Of a stretch of DNA of 64,000 nt, positions 1-64,000 are shown piece after piece. The notes under the pieces are model-generated. The model did no database searches and had not been told where the DNA came from. It saw nothing but the letters and a program-made list of their open reading frames with translations. A program made the position numbers and the translations under genes. How positions within the stretch are numbered: position 1 is the first letter of the stretch; every line of letters starts with the position of its first letter. This stretch comes from the human T2T-CHM13v2.0 reference genome, Homo sapiens: assembly GCF_009914755.1 (NCBI RefSeq), contig NC_060947.1, one strand, 5' to 3'.

Positions 1-1864
1 TAAAATAATTTAGTTTGCACAAATTCAATTTAGAGTCATTCTAGAAATAAACTTCAGTTATACATTTATAAAAACTAAAATGGAAACCCTCTAGTATGTG
101 TCCATATTCAGCAGCAGAATTGGTTTTAAAGAATTTTTCATGAGCAACATGTTCTCTCTAAAGTATCAGTTTTTTTGTATGAATGCCCAATTTTCTTCCA
201 TCAAGTCAATTCTATCATTGCATTGTGATACCAAATATTTTAAGAAGCCCAGCATTTTATCTTGGTTGTTTTTTAAAGAAATGCAGCTTTCCTACTTCTT
301 GCTGTACTGATTCTATCTCCATCTCTGTTTTTTTCTGAGTAATTTATCATATTGATAACAAGACTTTCTGATGTTTTTAATACTCGAGCAAGGTATTCTT
401 TGGGTTTCAGATTAGCAAAACACATTCTTGTTTCTTAATGGGCCAGGAAATTGAGACAATAGTTATTTTAAGATAGTTCCATGTGGGAGACTTGGTTTGC
501 TAATTACGTATGAGATAAATTTCTGCTATGATAAGACTATAGTGAATAAACAGCAAGGTATCAAATTGCAGTGATTCCTAACTCCTTTAGAGTTGTAACG
601 AGCTGTTTTTGTCATATTATTTATAAGATCCCTGTCTTAGGTTGGATTCCCCCAGAGGTAGACCTTGAACTCATGATTTGTGTGCAAGTGATTTATTAAA
701 GAGAAACCATAAACTACTAGTAGGGAAAGCAACACAGGAAAGGAGAAGAATCTAAGCAAGGGTGAGAAGTCAGGCAAAATTTGGCAGAGGTCACCATCAT
801 CATGACTTTACAGAGACAGATAATGTTTGCTGTTTTGTCTCCATTGTCCTTTTTAAAAAGAATTCAGAATGAATGCTTGAGTCATTGTCCCTTTGCATAT
901 ATGAGCACATTTAATGTTTCTGGAAAATCTGTAATAAGTCATTGATTCTCTTAGGTTATAAGGGATTGGTTAAGTTCTTCCTCGTATTTCTGTGGTTTTA
1001 ATTATTTTCCCTAAAACTGTTACTTTTCAGCATTATTGCTCCGTTGTTTTCAGTATTTTTTGGATTTGGGTTTTTTGTTTTGTTTTGTTTTGTTTTTTGT
1101 CAATTGCCTGTCAGTTGACATGGTTTTGTGAGATTTTCCGGTATATTCCTATGAGCCAAGCTTTTTAATATCAGGAAGTTTCTTCTGCAGATATGAAGAC
1201 TTCACAATGCCCTCTTTCCTTGAGACTATTTGTAAACATGAAATTGGCACAAGTCACAAGACTTCTTTATCTAAACAAGTGTTCTTTTACTCCTTCTTCT
1301 TGTTACTTTCTCTTAAGCAGCTTTTTATCCAGGCATAACTTTTTCCCAGTTCTCAGAGAGTTGTGATTCTTTTTAATAGCCTTTGATTTGAAAACTAATC
1401 AAAAGTTATACAAAATGTATTAAGATAGAGTCATGCTTGTTGAAGAATGACTCTCTTGGGGAATATTTGTCATGAGAGACTTTGTGATAAGATCCAGTTT
1501 GGGCAGATGCCATATGTTGAAAGAAGCTGGGCGGGCGGAAGAAACCCTCCATGTTTACTGAGGCTTAACTTTGAGTGTGCTCAGCATGGCTTTGCACAGC
1601 TAGGAAAGAAACAACAGTCATGAATAAATACGGAGTCCTTTCTGAGCAAAAATATTTTAATATATTGAGAGCCAGTGGGAGGATACTGGTGTGTGGGAAG
1701 AGTGCAGATTTTGGAATGTAAAATTCAGGGTCTGAATCCTGACCTCCTTATTTAATAGCCCTGTGACCCACAAGTTACCTCTCGGAGATTCCACTTTCCT
1801 GTCTATAAAATGGGAATCATAATGTATTTTTCATGGGTTGTTGTCAAAGCAATGGTATGACATG

Positions 1865-4438
<2,574 letters not shown>

Positions 4439-7400
4439 ACATGTAAAGTAAAGTGCCTGTTATTATGTGGCTAAGTGTTGTGAAATTTAGGTTTTAATGA
4501 TAGGCACTGCATGTGGAAGCTACAGCACAAATGAAAGCATAATTTTTTTTATATTCAGAGTACAGAAAGAAGGTCTGGTCAGCCTTGAATTTTCCTCAGG
4601 CAAATATGAAATACCACAGTGTTGATGGCATTGTCTCTGAATCTTCCAAAAGATGGGAGTGCAAGGAGCTGTGCAGGCATCAGAATCAGGCTGCTGTGAC
4701 ATTATTCTGCCCGCATATATTATTTTAGTGATTTTTGTGTCATTGTTGACAATAGACTTTGTCAGTCACTGTGGCCTTGCTCTCTTAATGGAATATGAAA
4801 CACTAGTTCTAGAGAAGTACTTAGCTTGCAGGCATTACATCAGAGGCTGAAGCAAAACCTGACAGCAACATCTCTGCAAGTGGAAGAAAGAATAAAAACT
4901 AATATTTCCTGAGTTCTTATTGTATTTTTTTGGGAAATAGGTTTGGCTGCGGGTGACAGAGACACATTATAATCATGACTTAAGATGGGAACATATTCCT
5001 GTCTAACGTAAAAGTCTGGGTTGACTGGTGGCTTTTGTGGTATTGTTATGGGGGCTGCATTAAAGCAGGGGTCTGGACTCCCTATCTTTTGTTGCTCCAC
5101 CATGTTGAGAGTTTAGCTCTTGATCCAGGATGGTTCATTCCTATGTTCTCATCCCAGCTTCTGGAAAAAGAGAAGAGGTCAAGGGAAGAGGATTCTCCCT
5201 CTTCCATTAAAGGCATGACCTAAAGGTATATCGTTTCTGATTACACTCCATTGGCCAGCATTTAGTATCATGACAAAACCTAACTGCAAGAAATACTGAG
5301 AAATCTAGTTTTTATTCTGAGTGGCCATGAGTATAGCTAGATGTTCCACTAATAAAGAAGAAAGGGAGAACAGATATTGGGAAACACATACCAGAATTGT
5401 CTATTCCATAATTATTATGTGTCAAGCTGTGCTAAACACTTACAAACATTGTCTTACTTAATGCTCATAACAACACTGTAATGCTGTTTTTACAGAAGTA
5501 TTTTGAGACACAAAGAGGTTAAGTCTCCTTAAGTCTTGAGACAGAGAGACGTTAAATAATTGTCTTAAGGTCTCAGAGGAAATAAGTGGCATAGCCAGAA
5601 CTTGAACCCAGGCACTCTGACTTTAGAACCCTGTGCTCTGGGCCACTGTGTAATCCTTGCTTGCTCATTATCTCCCTTAGGCCTTGATGTGCTCTACTAG
5701 ATGAGATTGTTTAAAAGCATCAAGGAATTAAAGATACTTTATAAACTGTTTATTCATGGCTTCCTCTTCAAGGCAGCTAATTGCTTCCATTCTAAAATTC
5801 CTATCTTATTTGGTGTAAAATGGTGTTCAGTACAATTTGGTCCAGACAAGATAACACAAGAAAAATAATGCCACACAAATGTGACAAGAATTTTAATAAA
5901 AGCAATTCCTGATTTGAAAGAAATGTGTCTATGTGATGATAAAGCAAAAAGTCTTTTTAATACATGGAACATTTTTGATGATGGGATGGAAAAAAACATT
6001 CAATATATCACTAGAATACAGAAATGAAAAGATTCTATCATTCAACAACCATCAAGATAGTTAATCTTTTCAGTCTTTACAATTTCAACTACATATAGGT
6101 CAGCAATTTATATGTTAATATAAATGTATCTATAGAGCAACAAGGAAAATTAAAGAATGTGAAGCTGTTGTAGATTTGGTGGTCAGAGAAAACCTTCCCT
6201 GGGCAAGCAGCAGTAAAACTAAAATTAAAAAAAAAATAAGTGGGAGCCAGCCAGATTAAGAATTAAATTGTATGTTTATCAGTCAATATAGGTTAAGTGA
6301 TGCTGCAGTAACAGCTCCAAACTCTTAGTGGCTTAAAACAACAAAGATTTCTCACTCATGCCACATGTTCATAACAGGATGTCTGGGGACTCTACTTCAT
6401 GGCATCCTCAGACCAGGATCCAAACTTGCAGAGCAGACACTATTTGGAACATTGTCATTCTCTATGCAAAGAAAAGGGTGTGTGGTGAACCCTGCCCTTG
6501 ATTTTAAAGCTTTTAGCTGGGATTACTTACCACGTTTCATTGGCCAGTGTGAGTCACATGATGACATCTAATGCCAACAGGGCAGAAAGGTGCAATCCCA
6601 ACTTGCTTTCAGAAGTAAGGAGAATGGGAAGTATTTAGTGAACAGATAAATGACTACTGTTTTGGGTGATGGAATGTGGAGGGAAGGCATTCCCAGCTGA
6701 AGAAATAGCATGTTCAAAGGCCCTGAAGTGGGAAAGAACTTGGTATATTTATGAAACTTTAAGAAGAATTATGTTGCTGAATCCTATCTCCTATCTGTAG
6801 ACAGGAGATGACCAGAGGGAAGAGGGAGCAGATTAGGCAGATCTTTACAGGCTATGGGAAAGAGGTATAAATTTCATTAAAAATATAAAGGAAAACTACT
6901 GGTTGGTTTTAAGCAGAGGAACCACATGATGTAAGAAATATTTTAAAAGAGTATGGACTAATGATATTGATTATTCCATGGAGAGTAGATTGGAAGGGAA
7001 TTGAAAGTAGGGACACCTAATAGGCACCTTTTCAAAATTCTAAGTGAGATTGCATGGTGGTTCCAGTTTAATGCAGTCTTATTTGAGGCAAATATTCCAT
7101 CTATTTTAGACATTTTTTAAATTATTAATTATTATCCATTTCAATCTCCTTCCCATATGCCTCAAATTCATACAGCACTTCAAGCCACTGCAGTGAGCCA
7201 CAGGGAAGGAATAAAGGTTTTCTTTTCCTCTTCTTTTACTTCTTTTTCTCTTTTCTCTTCCCCTACTAAGGATCTGTGCCTGCTTATGTTGAAGGAAAGG
7301 AAAGAGAAAAGTTATGCTTCATTGCTTGAAATATTTGGTGATGGGACAAAGAGGTCTCCTTTCTGTCGTCATTACCATTTCTCCATATGAAACTGATAAC

Positions 7401-8522
7401 AGAAGGCTGTGATATCTTCTCACTCTGTTTAATCCACATGAATGTTCAAAGAGCTGATATTCTGCCTCCAGGATGTTTGTAGGGTAGGAGACGCACAATC
7501 CCAAGCAGGGTTCCTTCTGTTCTGGCTCCAAGGGGAAGTGAGGCTGAGAGGAGAAATGATGGATAATGAGAAAGTGATGTACTCATTAGAACTGAATAAT
7601 GGTTTCAACAGTGTTTAAATTCATGATTTTGGATATAATATAATTTCTAGAGATAACAACTTCCAGGGTTTCTTCATGAGAGTGAATGGTGCACATGGAC
7701 AGGAAGGTCAAAGAAGATGACCAGGTCAAAGAACTGAAAGCCCAGGGAGTTGGATGTGTTATGCCCAGGAATGATGTACTCTGTAAGAAATGAAGCCAAG
7801 TCAAGGGTATATCCATTTCCTGTGGCTGCTGTAACAAATTACCACAAACTTGGTGGGGACTTAAAAGTGCTTAGTATGGCTGCCTGTTGCAACACATGAG
7901 TCATGGTGTGTCATTTGTCTCCTTAACTAACATAAAGGGTAATGGTAATTCTTAGTAGATGTTTTGTTTAGACTCATTTTTTTCCTCAATACCAGAATGC
8001 CTAGCACAGTGTAGGCGTACTATAAGTGCTTGTTGGATGAATGAGTGAGACATGAAGTCAAAGATTTTAAAAACTTTGCTCTACAGTTTGAAAATTCTCT
8101 TTTTATGAATCTATCATCAGGCTGACAAATAAATGACCTGGTTCCTGATTCCATCTGTACTGCTTATTATTTTTAACATGAGTCTTACAATACCTCACAA
8201 GCTAGTTTGAAAGATCAAAAGAAATAATAAATAGCTTTAAATATTCAACTGCTTTATTACCTAGCATGAAATTGGATCCTGAGCAGTATATACAATAAAC
8301 TAAGGCCTTTGTTCCTGCCTTTGGGAAGATGCTAGTCTAGATGGGCATGACAAAGTTTAACACCACAAATGTAAAAAGATATGGTATAAAATGTGTGGGA
8401 TGATTCTCAATTTTTTTTTCCTAGAACATAGACATTCTGTGTTGAAGAAGAGATTGGCTCAGTAGCACCAAGCAATGACATGTCTGTGAAGCATTTAAGT
8501 GAGAAGGAACCTGTCTTCTGGA

Positions 8523-8870
8523 GCAGTGTTTTACAAATTTGGCAATATATTGGAATAAACAGTGAAGCTTTTAAAAATCCCGTTACCTAGGCCACATCCA
8601 AAGCTAATTATGTTAGAATCTGTGGAAGTGAAATTTGCGAATCAGTATTTTTAAAATCTTTCCAAAGTTATTCCAATATATAGCCAAATTTGAGACTGAA
8701 TCTCCAAAGCTGTGCTTCTCCAACTCAAATCACCTGAAAATTTTGTTAAAATGTAGGTTCTGATCCAACAGGGTCTAAGGCAGTGCCTGAGATTCTGCAT
8801 TCCTAAAACGTTCCCAGGTGATGCTGATACTGCTGGAACAAGGACCACACTTGGAACAGCAATTTTCTAA
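8523..8870. mobile_element. Adjacent MER5-like hAT-Charlie non-autonomous DNA transposon remnants
   Basis: cagtgttttacaaattt...ttggaat...ttgagact, followed by ...gattctgcattcctaaaacgttcccaggtgatgctgatactgctgg..gaccacacttgg, typical of MER5A/B. Confidence 0.6.
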
Positions 8871-9185
8871 AGGATAAATATATCACATGTCAGGTAGTAA
8901 AAGAAGGGACATGGAACCTATGTACCAAGCAGCATGCTGGGAACTTTACATTTATCATCTCATTTAATCTTTAAAACAATCATGAAGGAATATTATTACT
9001 CTCATTTTAGAAATGAAGAGACTGGGGTTGAGTGGGTAAATCATTGCCTGAGGCTGGACAGCTTATTCATGATGGAACCTGGATTTAAACATAGGCATGT
9101 CTAACAGCAAAGCCCATAGGCTAATAGAAATTGTTGGAAACTTTCAAATGCTAAGCAGAAGCTTTTCGATGTGAAATGGTAGGCA

Positions 9186-9227
9186 GTCTACAGCCATACC
9201 ACTCTGAAAGCACCTGATCTCATCTGA
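9186..9227 (+). pseudogene. 3'-truncated (tailless) 5S rRNA retropseudogene
   Basis: GTCTACAGCCATACCACTCTGAAAGCACCTGATCTCATCTGA matches 5S rRNA nt 1-42 with 6 differences, 4 of them CpG transitions. Flanked by the direct repeat TGAAATGGTAGGCA (9172-9185 and 9225-9238). Confidence 0.9.
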
Positions 9228-9799
9228 AATGGTAGGCAATGTCTTTATTACTTTTCTTAAGTGCATGGAGATTGTGCCTACAATGATGCTGAGTTTGATT
9301 TCACACTCCTGCCTCAAGTAGTATATATAGGCAGGTAAAGAACCAGGTACTGTGTATGCCTGTAACCTGGGGCCATGCTCTCTAGTGTTATGGTATCAAA
9401 GATATCCTAGAGAAGTTACAGTAGAATGAGAATAAATACTAATAGCAAAATAATAGTGCTGGAAGAGAATGTCAAAATTCAAAAGTAAAACACAAACATT
9501 TTATTTTTCAGTTACTGATATCAAAGGATTGTTGCCTCTGGAGGGAGAAATTGTATTTCCTGAAAATATTTGGTTCTAACTCCTTGATTCAAATGTCCTT
9601 CCAAATGAAAATATCTCTTGATTAAAGAGATGGGAATTGAAACTAGCGACACCAAATAGGCACCTTTTCAAAATTCTAAGTGAGATTGCATGGTGGTCCC
9701 CAGTTTAAAGCAGCCTTATTTGAGGCAAATATTCTATCTATTTTAGACATTGTTTTAGACATTGTAGATATCTCTGCTCCTGTTTGTTTTTTTAAGTGA

Positions 9800-62370
<52,571 letters not shown>

Positions 62371-62831
62371 TAAGCACATAGCATGTTCCTCAGACTATTT
62401 CAGTCACTGCCTTTTTTGTCTGTATGTGTGTTTCCTTTTCAAAAGAGTCTTAGCATTCTTCTTGATTCAGTCTTCTCAGAGAGTTGATTGTCATGTTCCT
62501 CCTATACCACACTTTTAAATATTCTCTGAAGCAAATGTATACTGGTTGTGTCTTTGATTAACTGATTTTTAAAACATAATTCAGGATTGACATATTTGCA
62601 ATTTACACAGAGGCAGCTCTTTGAAGTAGAATGCTGACATGTTGGCACACCCAGGATGTACAAAAGCATCTTGTCGATTTCTGTTCTGGGAAATCCTCCA
62701 GAGAAAATTACCAAACTGTTACCCAATTAAACAACTCAAAAGGGCAATTATGAGGCTCTCAGGATTCTAGAGATCAGCCTGGGAGGGCAGGTATGGACCA
62801 TAGCACACTGGAGAGAAGCTAGATATAAAGG

Positions 62832-63299
62832 TGTGTCAGGGGTTCTCAAGACCACTGCCAGGTTCAGTGATTCACTAGGAGGACTTAGGACTCTGCACGC
62901 AGTTATAATCAGCAAAGAGGCACATGGGGCAAAGTCCAGGAGAGATCAGGCTCAAGCTTTGCAAGGGTCCTTTCCCAGTGGAGTCACATAGGATGCATTT
63001 AATTCCTCTGGCGATGAGTTCTGACAACATCTGTGAAATGTTGTCTGCCAAGGAAGCGTGTTAGAAACTCAGCTGGTCACATACCAAATTTCCAGTCTCT
63101 CAGGAGAAAAAGAACCCGTTCAGCATAAGCCATATTGTTTGTACAAACAATTTAGGAACAACGAGCCACTTTTATCAGTTCTGGGAATGGTGGGAATCCT
63201 GAAATCCAAGTTGCCAGATGCCACCCAAGGGCCAAATTTGTAAGCAGGCATTTAGAAGAATGGTAGTCTCAGGCCCACTATGTTAACTCTTTTCTGCAC
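62832..63299 (-). mobile_element. MER21C-like LTR fragment
   Basis: tgtcaggggttctcaagaccac...gttaactcttttctgcaca. Confidence 0.6.
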
Positions 63300-64000
63300 A
63301 ATAGATGACCTAAGTCCAATAAATAACTCAGTGAACCTGGTTCCAAATCCCCTAAGATAGACAAATGAGTGGATTTTGACTACAGATTGGTCCACCTGCC
63401 TCCTCAGCTACATTTCAGAGGGCTACAGGACCAATGTAATTATTTTGACTGGCATGGAAAGGGGTCTTCTAAAACTCAACAGATATTCTGTAGAACTTTG
63501 GTAGCATCTTATACATTTCAGCTTTGTACACATCTTGTACATTTCTGAGTCTGCTGTGATACCCTGCTTCAAGAGGCTCCTGAGATAGCTCAAGCTAAAG
63601 TGTTGGGTAGAATTGCTATCACTACTTCAGGTTGTTATTTTTTATTTTGCCTTTTTCACTGTTTTCTTTTACTCACCCATTACCATTGACCCCACTCTCT
63701 GACATCAGAAGGCAAGACTAGTAATAGAGAAGCATCTAATCCCAGAAAAATTTGTGAGACCATTAATATTAATAGTGTATTACATGTATTGAGTAGTACA
63801 ATATGGTAGCTCCTTGGATGTGTCAACTAATTTAATCCTCACAAGGCCATCAGTTAGACAGTGTTATTTTCCCAGTTTTACAGATGAAGAAACTGAGGCA
63901 CAGAGTGGTTATTTAGTAAATTCTTGAGGTCACCAAATCTCTGAGGCATGGAGTGATTCAAAACCAGGTGGCTTGACTTCAGAACCCACACTCTTTTATC

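Overview
This is AT-rich, CpG-poor primate DNA, almost certainly human (Alu, L1, THE1 and MER repeats). It is the interior of a multi-exon gene on the + strand that I recognise as SYTL5 (synaptotagmin-like protein 5 / Slp5, a Rab27A effector, Xp11.4 by recall). I reconstructed nine coding exons and one 66-nt cassette exon by hand. All have GT-AG boundaries and matching phases, and they give one open frame running from the Slp-homology/zinc-finger Rab-binding domain through the Ser/Thr-rich linker to the start of C2A. The start and end of the gene lie outside the window. The introns are mostly transposon remnants, including several nested insertions with readable target-site duplications (TSDs). 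The six-frame ORFs are repeat-derived or spurious, except one that overlaps a real exon. I found no evidence of a new multi-gene system, CRISPR array or prokaryotic-type locus. The best second-look items are a tailless 5S rRNA retrocopy with a perfect TSD, a ~120-bp dispersed local duplication, several unusual or tandem splice acceptors, a candidate 30-nt microexon, and an antisense LTR 25 bp from a splice donor. Repeat subfamily names come from memory of consensus sequences and need RepeatMasker/Dfam confirmation.
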